DNA from: Bacilli bacterium
Lineage (GTDB): Bacteria; Bacillota_I; Bacilli_A; ML615J-28; CAG-698
Length of the DNA: 64,000 bases
Assembly: GCA_028691515.1 (NCBI GenBank)
Contig: JAQUZE010000003.1
Coordinates: 64,399 to 128,398 of the forward strand
Reading direction: 5' to 3'
The position numbers and the translations under genes are program-made. Shown here piece by piece: positions 19,609 to 30,161 of the stretch. Each line of letters starts with the position of its first letter. Positions within the stretch are counted from its first letter, which is position 1. The notes under the pieces are model-generated. The model saw only the letters and a list, made by a program, of their open reading frames with translations. It was not told where the DNA came from and ran no database searches.

Positions 19609-20227
19609 ATAAATTATTAAGATAAGCAGTTTCAAAAGCTATAGAAGCTTCCCCGCATGCATCACAACAATTTTCTAATCTATTATATAAATCACTCCAA
19701 ATTAAAAGCTTAGCAGCATCTTGTTCATTAACAAACAAATCTCTTAATGACTCTGAATAAAGAACATCACATTCTCTTTCATATTCTAAAACTTTTTCAA
19801 TCAAAATATGAATATTTTTAGATCTTTTTAAAAGATGAAACTCAACAGCAAGCTCTTTTAATGCTTTACAGCACAATCTAATCAATTCTGTATATTTAGG
19901 CAGACTACTCGGTATAATTTTTACATTATAAGTATATAATCTTAAAACAACATCTTCAATTGCATCTGTCACATCATCAATTTCTCTAATAATATTTAGA
20001 ATATCATCTCTATTAATAGGTGGTAAAAATTCTTTTACTAATCTTTCTAACACATCATGTTTTGCTATATCAGCTTGATGCTCAATTACATGGATTTCAT
20101 CTTTTTGTTCAACTGAAATCCCAGAATTAAAATTATCAACAACATAGTCTAAATAATCTGCAGCTTTTTCTGAATATTCAATTAGCTCAATAAACGCATC
20201 AAAATAATAGTTTTTAGTTTTTTTCAT
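19607..20227 (-). CDS. DUF47 family protein (PhoU-like phosphate transport regulator associated with PiT)
   Basis: 206 aa helical protein immediately downstream of the PiT transporter. Classic pairing. Confidence 0.7.
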   Translation of the reverse strand: MKKTKNYYFDAFIELIEYSEKAADYLDYVVDNFNSGISVEQKDEIHVIEHQADIAKHDVLERLVKEFLPPINRDDILNIIREIDDVTDAIEDVVLRLYTYNVKIIPSSLPKYTELIRLCCKALKELAVEFHLLKRSKNIHILIEKVLEYERECDVLYSESLRDLFVNEQDAAKLLIWSDLYNRLENCCDACGEASIAFETAYLNNL

Positions 20228-20237
20228 ATTATACCCC

Positions 20238-21284
20238 TTAAATTATTGCTATAAATAGTTTAGCCATAAAAAATCCAATAATTCCACAGCCAGGAAATGT
20301 TAATATCCATGTAAGAACCATATCTCTAACAATATCCCATCTTACACCTGACAATTTTCTTGCAGCACCAACTCCCATAATAGCTGTTGACTTTACATGA
20401 GTAGTACTAACAGGAATACCAAATAATGTACTAAATAATATACAAGATGATGCAGCAACATCTGTTGCAAAGCCTTGATATTCTTCTAATTTAACCATAT
20501 CCATACCAACAGTTTTAATAATTCGATACCCGCCTATAGAAGTACCTAAAGCCATAACAGCCGAACACAAAACCATCAACCATAAAGGTATAGAAAATTC
20601 TCCAATATCAGAAACACCTTTTGAAAGAAAAGCTCCTAATAAAAAAACTCCTATAAATTTTTGTCCATCTTGTGCTCCATGCACAAAGGCCATACCAGCA
20701 CCACCAAAAATTTGCCCTTTTCTAAAAAACTTTGTTGTTTTCCGCCTATCAAATTTCTTAAAAATGATTTCAATTAATTTAACCAAACCATATCCAAGAC
20801 CAAATCCAAGAAATGTGGAAATTAATAAACCATAAACTACTTTCATCCATTCAGAGCCATTGATACCACTTAGCCCACCTTGAAGAGCAATTGCTGCACC
20901 ACTAATACCAGCAATTAATGCATGACTCTCACTTGTTGGAATTCCAAAAACCCAAGCTAATGTAGCCCAAAGAACAATGCTAACCATAGCAGCACAAAGT
21001 GCAGCTAAAGCATATGTTGCATCACCCCCAAAATCTACCATATTTGCAATCGTAAATGCAACTTTGTTATTTATAAGAGACATTAATAAAACACCTAAAA
21101 AGTTAAAAACAGCAGCCATTGCAATAGCCTTTTTAGGGCTAATTGCCCTTGTTGAAACACAAGTAGCAATAGCATTAGGTGCATCAGTCCAACCATTAAT
21201 CAACACAACTAATAAAGTCAAAATTGATGTAATCAATAGAAAATAATTACTTGACAACTCACTTAAGTATTCAGTAAAACCCAT
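20238..21284 (-). CDS. pit: Inorganic phosphate transporter, PiT family
   Basis: 348 aa polytopic protein with duplicated GANDV-like PHO4 motifs (NGWTDAPNAIAT; VHGAQDGQK). Confidence 0.8.
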   Translation of the reverse strand: MGFTEYLSELSSNYFLLITSILTLLVVLINGWTDAPNAIATCVSTRAISPKKAIAMAAVFNFLGVLLMSLINNKVAFTIANMVDFGGDATYALAALCAAMVSIVLWATLAWVFGIPTSESHALIAGISGAAIALQGGLSGINGSEWMKVVYGLLISTFLGFGLGYGLVKLIEIIFKKFDRRKTTKFFRKGQIFGGAGMAFVHGAQDGQKFIGVFLLGAFLSKGVSDIGEFSIPLWLMVLCSAVMALGTSIGGYRIIKTVGMDMVKLEEYQGFATDVAASSCILFSTLFGIPVSTTHVKSTAIMGVGAARKLSGVRWDIVRDMVLTWILTFPGCGIIGFFMAKLFIAII

Positions 21285-21380
21285 AATTTCCCCTTTGATT
21301 TTTTTTCACTACCTATTAAGTATATCATTTACTATTTTATTTGTAAACGTTATGTATAAAAGAAAACGTTATATATAATA

Positions 21381-21409
21381 AAAAAATTCTGTCATAAAAC
21401 AGAATTTTT
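21381..21409 (-). terminator. Rho-independent terminator downstream of ppa
   Basis: aaaaaattctgtcataaaacagaattttt. Confidence 0.55.
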
Positions 21410-21432
21410 ATCAAATAAAAATATATAGTATT

Positions 21433-21969
21433 TTATTTTAAATTAGGGAAATTTTTTTTATAATTTTCCTTGGCTTTTTCAATAATTTCTATTGCTCTTT
21501 CTTTTCCATAAACATCAATTCCCGTTGTTGGTTTATGCTCTAAATCTTTATAAATACCAAAAAAATGCATAATTTCACTAGCAATATGTGGCGGCAATTC
21601 ATTAATATCTGAATAAAAATTCCAAGTTGGTTCTTTATGCGGAATTGCAATAATTTTATCATCAGCTTTATTATTGTCTAACATTCTTACTACCCCAATT
21701 GGATAACACCTAACCATACTCATTGGTTCTAAATCTTCAGAACAAAGAACTAAAACATCAAGTGGATCTTCATCTTCTGCATAAGTTTTTGGTATAAAAC
21801 CATAATTTGCAGGATAATGAGTTGATGTATATAAAATCCTATCTAAAATAATTAATCCGGTTTCTTTATCTAATTCATACTTTTTCTTGCTTCCTTTAGA
21901 AATTTCTATTACAGCTACAAAATCATCAGCATTAATTCTATTGGGGTTAATATTATGCCAAATATTCAT
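21433..21969 (-). CDS. ppa: Inorganic pyrophosphatase, family I
   Basis: 178 aa. DEDPLDVLVL and the NYGFIP signature. Confidence 0.9.
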   Translation of the reverse strand: MNIWHNINPNRINADDFVAVIEISKGSKKKYELDKETGLIILDRILYTSTHYPANYGFIPKTYAEDEDPLDVLVLCSEDLEPMSMVRCYPIGVVRMLDNNKADDKIIAIPHKEPTWNFYSDINELPPHIASEIMHFFGIYKDLEHKPTTGIDVYGKERAIEIIEKAKENYKKNFPNLK

Positions 21970-21985
21970 TATTTATCTCCTTATA

Positions 21986-22660
21986 TCATTTACAATTCTT
22001 AACTTCAACGCCATTTTCAGTTCCCACAATTATCAAATCACACATTTTTAAAAACAATCCATGTTCAACAACACCAACAGTATTATTAAACACTTCCACC
22101 AATTTTTTTAAATCTAATGGTCCATTTAAATGCAGATCAATTATATAATTGCCATTATCAGTAATAAAAATTTTATCATTCCGAATTCTTAAAACAGGAT
22201 TATAACCTAATTCCAAAAACTTATTAAATATATGGAGATCACCAAAAGGAACTATTTCCACAGGAACGTAAAACGATCCTAAAGCATTAGATAATTTACT
22301 ATCATCCATAATCCAAATAACTTTTTTTGCCAGAGTTGCAACTATTTTTTCACGCAGTAATGCTCCACCACCACCTTTAATAGCATTAAATTCAAAATCA
22401 ATTTCATCAACTCCATCAATTGCAATATCAATTCCATCTACTTCATTAATATTTTTTAAAGGTAATCCTAACTTTTTAGCAAGTACATAAGATTCTTTTG
22501 ATGTTGAAACACACTCTATTTCTAATAACCCATTATTATATCTTTTTGCTAATTCTTGAATCATATAACTGGCAGTAGAACCCGTTCCAATTCCAACTAC
22601 CATACCACTTTTTACATAATCGCAAGCTTTTATTCCCGCAATTTCCTTCTTGTTAATCAT
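21986..22660 (-). CDS. rpiA: Ribose-5-phosphate isomerase A
   Basis: GIGTGSTA and DGVDEID motifs. Confidence 0.9.
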   Translation of the reverse strand: MINKKEIAGIKACDYVKSGMVVGIGTGSTASYMIQELAKRYNNGLLEIECVSTSKESYVLAKKLGLPLKNINEVDGIDIAIDGVDEIDFEFNAIKGGGGALLREKIVATLAKKVIWIMDDSKLSNALGSFYVPVEIVPFGDLHIFNKFLELGYNPVLRIRNDKIFITDNGNYIIDLHLNGPLDLKKLVEVFNNTVGVVEHGLFLKMCDLIIVGTENGVEVKNCK

Positions 22661-23154
22661 TTTTTTTCACCTTTCTTTGCTAAAGATAAATTAACATGAC
22701 AATAACCTCCAGAATTTTTATCCAAATAATCTTGATGATAATCTTCAGCAAGATAGTATCCATTTTCTTTTAATAATTCAACTCTAATTTTTTGCTTATA
22801 TTTTTTTTGTTGTTCACTAAGAAAATTTTGACAAACTAACAAATCATCGTCACTTCGATAATATATACCTGTTCGATATTGATGACCAAAATCTCCTCCT
22901 TGATGATCCAAATTAGTAGGCTCAATAATTCTAAAGAAATGATCTAATAATTGATCTAAAGAAATAAGTTTTTCATTATATAATATTTCCACTGCTTCTG
23001 AATGGGTTGCTTTACCATCAAGTAAATCATTATATGTAGGATTAGGAAAATTACCATTAGCATAACCTACAGTAGTTTTTTCTACTCCTAATAATTGTTT
23101 AAAATATGCTTCAACACCCCAAAAGCAGCCACCAGCAAAAATAATTCTTTTCAT
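22657..23154 (-). CDS. msrA: Peptide methionine sulfoxide reductase MsrA
   Basis: AGGCFWGVE active-site motif. Confidence 0.9.
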   Translation of the reverse strand: MKRIIFAGGCFWGVEAYFKQLLGVEKTTVGYANGNFPNPTYNDLLDGKATHSEAVEILYNEKLISLDQLLDHFFRIIEPTNLDHQGGDFGHQYRTGIYYRSDDDLLVCQNFLSEQQKKYKQKIRVELLKENGYYLAEDYHQDYLDKNSGGYCHVNLSLAKKGEKK

Positions 23155-23172
23155 ATATTATTTTCCTTTCTT

Positions 23173-23451
23173 TTAGTTAAGTTTATCATCATCCTCATCA
23201 TCTATAACTTCATTATTTTCTGATAATTCTTTTTCACCAATTTCTTTGTATCGTTTATAAGCAAACAACCCTATTATAAATAAAATAACACCAAAACCAA
23301 TAAAAATAAAACCAGTTTCTAAAGCATCGCTATTAAATTCAAATCCAAATATTATTACAAGAGCTAAAAACACCATAACAACAGCAAAGCCAATAATAAC
23401 TTGACTAGCAAAAATTCTATTTTTTGTTTTTTTACTCATTATTTCCTCCAA
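23173..23451 (-). CDS. Small membrane protein (2 TM, acidic C-terminus), unknown function
   Basis: 92 aa hydrophobic ORF in gene-dense context. Confidence 0.4.
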   Translation of the reverse strand: MEEIMSKKTKNRIFASQVIIGFAVVMVFLALVIIFGFEFNSDALETGFIFIGFGVILFIIGLFAYKRYKEIGEKELSENNEVIDDEDDDKLN

Positions 23452-23553
23452 CTATATATAGATTATATCATAATTTTATACAAAAATAAATACTCAGAAT
23501 ATTTTAAACAAGGCAAAGTATAACTTTGCCATGTTTATAATATCATATTAAAC

Positions 23554-24276
23554 TTAAAGTCGCATGCCTCCATTTACACTTAAAACATGGCCCGTAACAT
23601 ATGATGAATCATCGCTTGCTAAGAACAATGCCGCCTTTGCAATTTCTTCAGGTTTTCCTAATCTTTTCAACATTGTCATTTCAGCAAATTTTTGCAATAA
23701 ATCTTCCGGAACAGTTTTTAAAATATCAGTCATTACATATCCAGGAGCAATAACATTACAACGAACATTTGCTCCTTTTCTAGCAAACTCCTTTGCCCAA
23801 GTTTTAGACATACCAATTACTCCTGCTTTAGAAGCAGAATAATTAGCTTGCCCAATATTTCCATACTCCCCAACAACAGATGAAATATTAATAATAGAAC
23901 CATAATTATTTGCTTCCATCAAAGGACCAAATGCTCTAGTCATATTAAATACACCTTTTAAATTTACATCTAAAACAATATCCCACATCTCATCAGTCAT
24001 CTTTCTTGTCATAGCATCCCTTGTAATACCTGCATTATTGACTAATATATCTATTTTTCGATATTTAAAAGTAACATACTCTACTAGTTTATTAATTGCT
24101 TCAACATCTGTAACATTTAGATTATATTTCTCAACTCTTTCATGGTCATATATAAATTCACCCATATCCAGAGCTATTACACGAGCTCCTTCTTCTGCAA
24201 ACAATTTACATATTTCCATTCCTATTCCTTTGGCACCTCCAGTAACCATTGCAACCTTTCCTTCTAATCTTTTCAT
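23554..24276 (-). CDS. SDR family 3-oxoacyl-ACP / acetoacetyl-CoA reductase
   Basis: TGGAKGIG Rossmann motif and YSASKAG catalytic motif. Downstream of a thiolase. Confidence 0.8.
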   Translation of the reverse strand: MKRLEGKVAMVTGGAKGIGMEICKLFAEEGARVIALDMGEFIYDHERVEKYNLNVTDVEAINKLVEYVTFKYRKIDILVNNAGITRDAMTRKMTDEMWDIVLDVNLKGVFNMTRAFGPLMEANNYGSIINISSVVGEYGNIGQANYSASKAGVIGMSKTWAKEFARKGANVRCNVIAPGYVMTDILKTVPEDLLQKFAEMTMLKRLGKPEEIAKAALFLASDDSSYVTGHVLSVNGGMRL

Positions 24277-24299
24277 ATATTGTCCTTTCTATAATATTA

Positions 24300-25520
24300 T
24301 TATACTAACTTTAAAATAACAGCAGTTCCCATTCCGCCACCTATACAAAGGCTAGCTAATCCATATTTTGCATTTTTTCTAATCATTTGGTGAAGTAAAG
24401 TAACTATAATACGATTACCACTAGCTCCAACAGGATGTCCTAAAGCAATTGCACCACCATTCATATTTGTTATAGATAATAATTTTTCTTTTGATAAATT
24501 ATGTTCTTTAGCTAATTCTTGTACTACAGCAAGAGATTGAGCAGAAAATGCCTCATTTAATTCTAAAACATCTATTTCTTCTAGAGTAATTCCAGCAGAT
24601 AGCAAAGCATTACGGATTGCTGGAACTGGTCCCATGCCCATATACTGAGGATCTACTCCACCTTGTCCAATTGCGATTATTTCTGCTTTAGGTACAAATC
24701 CATATTGTTTTACAGCATCTTCGCTAGCAACAATTACAAATGAAGAACCATCATTTATTCCAGAAGAATTAGCTGCAGTAACAAGACCATCTTTTTTAAA
24801 AGCTGGTCTTAAATTTGACATTTTTTCTAAAGTTGTTGTTCTATTAGGGTACTCATCATTTTCAAAAACGAATTCTGATTTTCTTAATTTTATTGTGATA
24901 GGAATAATTTCTTCTTTAAAAATCCCACTATCAACTGCTTTAATTGCTTTTTGTTGTGATTCATATGCGAATTTATCTTGAGCTTCTCTTGAAATTTGAT
25001 ATCTGCTTGCAATATTTTCAGCAGTAATTCCCATATGAGTATTAGAAAAAACATCAGTAAGAGCATCTTTAATCATATGGTCAACTAAATTAAAATCACC
25101 CATTTTTACCCCATCTCTAATTTTAGATGATACCAAAAATGGTGCATTGCTCATTGATTCCACTCCACCTGCAATAACTAAATTATGTAATCCGGCTCTA
25201 ATATTAGCATAAGCACTCATTACAGATTTCATTCCACTTCCACAAACCATATTAATACCATATGCAACCACTTCTTCAGGTACTCCTGCCTTAATTGAAG
25301 CTTGTCTTGCAACACCCTGACCTGCTCCTGCTGGTAAAATATTACCTACAATTACTTCATCAATTTTATCCTTAGGTACATTATTCTTTTCCAATAATTC
25401 CTTTAAGACTACCGCCCCTAAATCACCAGCTTCAACTGTACGAAGTGACCCCATAAAAGACCCAATCGGACTCCTTTTACCATCAACTAAAAACACCTTT
25501 TTCATAAATACCTCTTTCAT
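24300..25520 (-). CDS. Acetyl-CoA C-acetyltransferase (thiolase II)
   Basis: Thiolase signatures NMVCGSGMKS and C-terminal GLASLCIGGGMG. Confidence 0.9.
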   Translation of the reverse strand: MKEVFMKKVFLVDGKRSPIGSFMGSLRTVEAGDLGAVVLKELLEKNNVPKDKIDEVIVGNILPAGAGQGVARQASIKAGVPEEVVAYGINMVCGSGMKSVMSAYANIRAGLHNLVIAGGVESMSNAPFLVSSKIRDGVKMGDFNLVDHMIKDALTDVFSNTHMGITAENIASRYQISREAQDKFAYESQQKAIKAVDSGIFKEEIIPITIKLRKSEFVFENDEYPNRTTTLEKMSNLRPAFKKDGLVTAANSSGINDGSSFVIVASEDAVKQYGFVPKAEIIAIGQGGVDPQYMGMGPVPAIRNALLSAGITLEEIDVLELNEAFSAQSLAVVQELAKEHNLSKEKLLSITNMNGGAIALGHPVGASGNRIIVTLLHQMIRKNAKYGLASLCIGGGMGTAVILKLV

Positions 25521-25533
25521 TAAATTTATATTG

Positions 25534-26628
25534 TTATTTATTTATTATTAATGGAACCATCAATTCTTCCTCTGTTATTCCTGCATGATGAGCAGCAAAC
25601 ATACTACCAACAGAAAGAGAAAACATTTTTGTAGAAAAAGCAATTGCTAAATAATCACCAATAAAATCATCAAACAACTCATGTTTAATACCCCAGCCAA
25701 ACAATCCACTTCTTAACACTTCTTCTTTAGTAAAAAGAAGAAAATATTTCCCAAAAGTTTTATTAAATTCTTTTTCAAAATTTTCATATTCATTATCTAT
25801 TATATAGAAAGCAGTTGCTCTTGGTTCTAATGCTGGTTTCCTTTTAAAATACTTAGTAATATTTTCATATTCAAATAAATTAATCTCTTCAACATCTATC
25901 AAACCATGATCTGCTATCGTAATAACTAATACATCATTAGAAATATTATCAAGTAATCTTTCATATTCATTATTCAATTTTTTCATAACAACACCTGTTT
26001 CAATACTATTTACTCCCTTTTCATGGATAGTTGCATCTGGATCAGTCCAATAGCAATAAGTGAAACTTTTTTTATTCTTTACTATACTTAAAACCCTATC
26101 AACTTCTTCAGTAAAACTTGCACATCCTCCTTCTATAAAATCAGGAAAAATAGATGTAACCATTAAATCAGGTTGTTTATCTTTAATTTGAGCAAAAATA
26201 TCTTTATAATTCAAATACTTTTTTTGGAACTGTTCTTCCAATATCTTACTCTCATCATAATAATCAATATTTTTAAAAACAATTGGATAAGAATCTGTAA
26301 ATTTATTATATTGCATCCAACCTAAATTTCCATGAACAAAAGGAGGAAATCCACTTAACACTGAATTAGTTGCTGCAACCGTTGTAGGTGGGAAAACGCT
26401 ACTAATTTCTTTTTTAATATTCTTCCTTAAAGCATCATTTTCACTTAAATGCTTTTTAATAATATTAATTCCCATTCCATCAAGTAAAATTAAAACTATA
26501 TGATTGTAATTGTTTTTTAACTCTTTATCAAGTATATCTATACCATTATATATTGTTTTTATATTATAAAAATGTAATATTGAATTTGAAACATTTAAAA
26601 TTGAATTACTATAATCTGGTTTTTTCAT
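25534..26628 (-). CDS. Alkaline-phosphatase superfamily protein (type I phosphodiesterase / nucleotide pyrophosphatase-like)
   Basis: LILLDGMG metal-site motif and ADHGLI. Confidence 0.55.
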   Translation of the reverse strand: MKKPDYSNSILNVSNSILHFYNIKTIYNGIDILDKELKNNYNHIVLILLDGMGINIIKKHLSENDALRKNIKKEISSVFPPTTVAATNSVLSGFPPFVHGNLGWMQYNKFTDSYPIVFKNIDYYDESKILEEQFQKKYLNYKDIFAQIKDKQPDLMVTSIFPDFIEGGCASFTEEVDRVLSIVKNKKSFTYCYWTDPDATIHEKGVNSIETGVVMKKLNNEYERLLDNISNDVLVITIADHGLIDVEEINLFEYENITKYFKRKPALEPRATAFYIIDNEYENFEKEFNKTFGKYFLLFTKEEVLRSGLFGWGIKHELFDDFIGDYLAIAFSTKMFSLSVGSMFAAHHAGITEEELMVPLIINK

Positions 26629-26696
26629 ATATTTCCTCTATTAATTTATTATACTATACATATTTTATATTGCCAAAACATTTATAAATAACAAAA

Positions 26697-27371
26697 TTAT
26701 CTTTTCATTTTTCTTAATATTTCTTTATGCTCATCTAAAACTCTAAATGATTCAATCATTTTTTGAATAGCTTTATTATGTGTCCATTTATCTAAAGAAT
26801 TATTTTTTAAATAAACAAAACATTTATCTGGATATTTCGCCATAATTGTTGCAAAAGCCCAAGCAACCCCCATCTTGCAATAATATCCTGGATTTTTTAA
26901 TCTGTCTAGCCAAATAATAACTTCATCAATATATTCATCATTCAAATAGTGTGAAAGCATCATTACTGCTACAAATCTTTGTTCAAATTCTCTTTCTGAT
27001 TTTGCATATTTTATTAAAAAATTCCAGTATTCTTTCTGATGTTTTTTTGCTATTTTAAGCGATTGACATATTGTATCATTAGCACTCCAATCATGAATTA
27101 ATGGTACAAATAAATTTGTATAGTAAATTGATTCATTTATGTCTTTTATCTTTCCAATTACAAATGCTTGAATAATTTCTAATTCAAAAGGTATAAAATC
27201 ATTATTATCTAAAAACTGTTTATAATCTTTTTTAAAAATATAATCAGCAATTTTTCTTAGATATGGAACTCTAATTCCGTAATAATTATCAGTAATTGGC
27301 TCATTTCTATATTTTGAACCTTCAATTTCTGATATTTTTAATAACTCGTTTTTAATTTCATCTAAAATCAT
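26697..27371 (-). CDS. DNA alkylation repair protein, AlkC/AlkD-like HEAT-repeat glycosylase family
   Basis: 224 aa. Family-typical repeat pattern and conserved Trp/Asp positions (HDWSANDTICQ). Confidence 0.55.
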   Translation of the reverse strand: MILDEIKNELLKISEIEGSKYRNEPITDNYYGIRVPYLRKIADYIFKKDYKQFLDNNDFIPFELEIIQAFVIGKIKDINESIYYTNLFVPLIHDWSANDTICQSLKIAKKHQKEYWNFLIKYAKSEREFEQRFVAVMMLSHYLNDEYIDEVIIWLDRLKNPGYYCKMGVAWAFATIMAKYPDKCFVYLKNNSLDKWTHNKAIQKMIESFRVLDEHKEILRKMKR

Positions 27372-27437
27372 ATTTGTCCCCCAAACTATTTATAATCACT
27401 AGTAAATTATAACATATAAAAAATCTATTAACAATTT

Positions 27438-27470
27438 GAAAAAGTCTTAAATCAATGATTTAAGACTTTA
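27438..27470 (-). terminator. Rho-independent terminator downstream of the GH18 lipoprotein gene
   Basis: aaaaagtcttaaatcaatgatttaagactt: perfect 10-bp stem. Confidence 0.6.
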
Positions 27471-27474
27471 CTTA

Positions 27475-30042
27475 TTATATTTTACCAAGCCCTTCTCCCA
27501 TACTAATTAATAAAGTATTAGTTGTGTCAGTTCCACTTTCCCAAAACATCATTCCTCCTAATTTCTCATTAAGAATATAAGAACACTTTGCTTTAATTGA
27601 TCTTGGATTATCATATGAAATAAATTCTGTTCCATCATTTTTTAAAATATATGGAACATTTGCTACATCATCAAAATATTCAGTGTAATTACTATCAGTA
27701 TAATAATTACTTACTATACTATGATAATAAACTGACCCTGCCGATACCCAACCAGACCATGTAGAATTAGCTGAATCGTAAGTTCTAGTTTGTTTCATTC
27801 CATAAAATGCAGCACCAACAATAATTTTTTCATAAGGTATATCAAAAGTAGAATAAATTGCAACACTCTCTTCAATTGAACAACTAACTAAAGTTTTACC
27901 AACACTATTTTCACTATTAGCAAAACTAGAACTAGGATATAAAGCGTTTTGGTAATAGCCATTATTTGAAACCATTCCATAAGTCATCATATTAATAAAA
28001 TCTAAATAATTAACTGAATCTCTTAAATTATATCTTGGAGGTTGCCACATACCTCCACCAACAGCAGCAGTAACTAAATGATTAGAATTATTAGCTTTTA
28101 CTTTCTCGTTAATCGTTTTAGCTAAAGCAACAAAACTTTCTGATTCACCACTTGTTGGAGTTTCCCAATCTATATCAACGCCATCAAAACCATATTGATT
28201 TATCATATTAACTATATTATTAGCAAAAGTATTAACCAAAGTAGGGCTTGCAGCTATTGTTGACCAAGAAGATTCTGGAGCAATAGACATAACTACCCAC
28301 ACACCGTTTTGCTTTGCTTTGGGAATAATATATCTACTTACATTATTTAAATAAGTTGTTCCAGATAAAGTACCACTACTACTTGCTTTAATAAAAGCAC
28401 AATTTATAATATCTAATATTTCAAAATAATCATCAGTTACATTTGCATATTGTCTATAAATATAACTTGAAGCAATGCCTGTTTTTAATTCTTTATAACC
28501 ATCAGCAATAACATCAAAAACAATCGTATAAATAGAGTTTTCATCTTCTAAATTGGCAGTCAAACTAAGATTTGTTTTAATATATGGACGAAAATATTGC
28601 CCAGAAGATGAAACCACTTGACTATTACTACTAGTCCAAACAATATCAATACCTTTATAATTAATAGGTAAAACTATATCATATTCAATATAATTGCTAA
28701 ATTTATCTAACATATAATCTTCAAACTCAAAAATCAATGATTCGTCTGCTTCCCATTTTGCATACAAAATGATATCTTCATCCGTCATTTTAGAAAAACT
28801 ATATACATTAATAAAATCAGCATCAAGATACCAATCAACAAAAATAAATCCTGGTTTTATTGGATTTGTAGGTTTTACAACTACTGTATCATAATTTTGA
28901 ACAATAGAATCAACAGTACTCCCCCCATTTTCAACAAAGAAAATTGTATATTGATTAATACTAAATTCAGCAATCAAAGTAATATCTTCATCAGGCATAT
29001 TACTTGGTAAATCTTGATCCCAACCAATAAATTCATGTCCCTTTTTAATCGGCAAAGGAGAATTTATCAAGCTTAAATCTTGATTATATTCTATGCTTAA
29101 TTGTTCTATTAAATTTAAATCATCATTTAAATATATTAAATTATATTTATTAATTTCCCATTTAGCATATAAAGTTATATCTTTTGAAGGTATTGTTGAA
29201 AAAACATAACTTTGAGTAAAATCAGAATCTAAATACCACCCTATAAATTTATTTCCTTTTTTAATTGGATCTACTGGTTTTACAACTGATGTTTTATAAT
29301 CATCAGTAATAGTATCAACAATACTTCCACCATTTTCAACAAAGAAAATTGAATATTGATTAATATCGTATTCAGCAATTAAAACAATATCTTCATCAAG
29401 CATATTTTCTGGTAATATTTTATTCCAACCAATAAAATCATATCCCTCTCTATTAGCTATTGGTGCAATTTCACTACTTAATTCCTGATTAAATTCAACA
29501 GGAACTTCTTTAAGTAAAGTATTATCATAATCATAATATCTTACAAAATGGCTATTAGTTTCCCATTCTGCTAATACTTCTATATCACTTTTAACATTTG
29601 AGAAAATAGTATCCCATCGTTTAAACGTATATCCTATTTTTTCTTCTAATTCAGGAGCAGTTGCGCTTTCATTATATAAAACAGTTTCTTCTTTTAGAAG
29701 TAAATCTCCATCATAAAATTTTACCTTAAATGAATGTATGTCCCATTTAGCTTTTAAATTAAGACTTAATATTTCTTTATTATCAATAAAATACTTTCTT
29801 ATCAACTCAATATTCATTAATTCATCATCTAAATACCACCCTAAAAAATCAAAATTGTCTTTTTCTGTCACAGGCAAAGTAAAATCATTATCTAAATCTA
29901 TTTCAATTAAATCATTCACACTACTTCCCCCATCAGTATCAAAAATAATCGAAACTTTTTTGTTATTACATCCAGTTAAAAATATAATTACAAAAAACAA
30001 TAGTGTAAATATACTGACACTCTTAATTAATTTCATTCTCAT
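27475..30042 (-). CDS. Secreted lipoprotein: multiple Listeria-Bacteroides (Flg_new / InlB B-type) repeats fused to a C-terminal GH18 (chitinase / endo-beta-N-acetylglucosaminidase-like) catalytic domain
   Basis: Signal peptide plus lipobox LTGC. Repeated DFxGWYLD motifs. GH18 catalytic motif FDGVDIDWE. Confidence 0.75.
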   Translation of the reverse strand: MRMKLIKSVSIFTLLFFVIIFLTGCNNKKVSIIFDTDGGSSVNDLIEIDLDNDFTLPVTEKDNFDFLGWYLDDELMNIELIRKYFIDNKEILSLNLKAKWDIHSFKVKFYDGDLLLKEETVLYNESATAPELEEKIGYTFKRWDTIFSNVKSDIEVLAEWETNSHFVRYYDYDNTLLKEVPVEFNQELSSEIAPIANREGYDFIGWNKILPENMLDEDIVLIAEYDINQYSIFFVENGGSIVDTITDDYKTSVVKPVDPIKKGNKFIGWYLDSDFTQSYVFSTIPSKDITLYAKWEINKYNLIYLNDDLNLIEQLSIEYNQDLSLINSPLPIKKGHEFIGWDQDLPSNMPDEDITLIAEFSINQYTIFFVENGGSTVDSIVQNYDTVVVKPTNPIKPGFIFVDWYLDADFINVYSFSKMTDEDIILYAKWEADESLIFEFEDYMLDKFSNYIEYDIVLPINYKGIDIVWTSSNSQVVSSSGQYFRPYIKTNLSLTANLEDENSIYTIVFDVIADGYKELKTGIASSYIYRQYANVTDDYFEILDIINCAFIKASSSGTLSGTTYLNNVSRYIIPKAKQNGVWVVMSIAPESSWSTIAASPTLVNTFANNIVNMINQYGFDGVDIDWETPTSGESESFVALAKTINEKVKANNSNHLVTAAVGGGMWQPPRYNLRDSVNYLDFINMMTYGMVSNNGYYQNALYPSSSFANSENSVGKTLVSCSIEESVAIYSTFDIPYEKIIVGAAFYGMKQTRTYDSANSTWSGWVSAGSVYYHSIVSNYYTDSNYTEYFDDVANVPYILKNDGTEFISYDNPRSIKAKCSYILNEKLGGMMFWESGTDTTNTLLISMGEGLGKI

Positions 30043-30161
30043 TCTCCTATTTTTACTTGATTATTATACCAAAAAAAAGCCATTTATTCAATGACTCCTT
30101 TTTTTCATTTTATAATAATTATTAACCTTTTTATACCTATTGAATTTCTTAATATAATAGT

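Noticed and set aside
25534-26628. PglZ (BREX) phosphatase
   Set aside because: The protein is only 364 aa, with type-I phosphodiesterase-like motifs and no adjacent BREX genes (PglX, BrxC). It is better called a generic alkaline-phosphatase-family protein.
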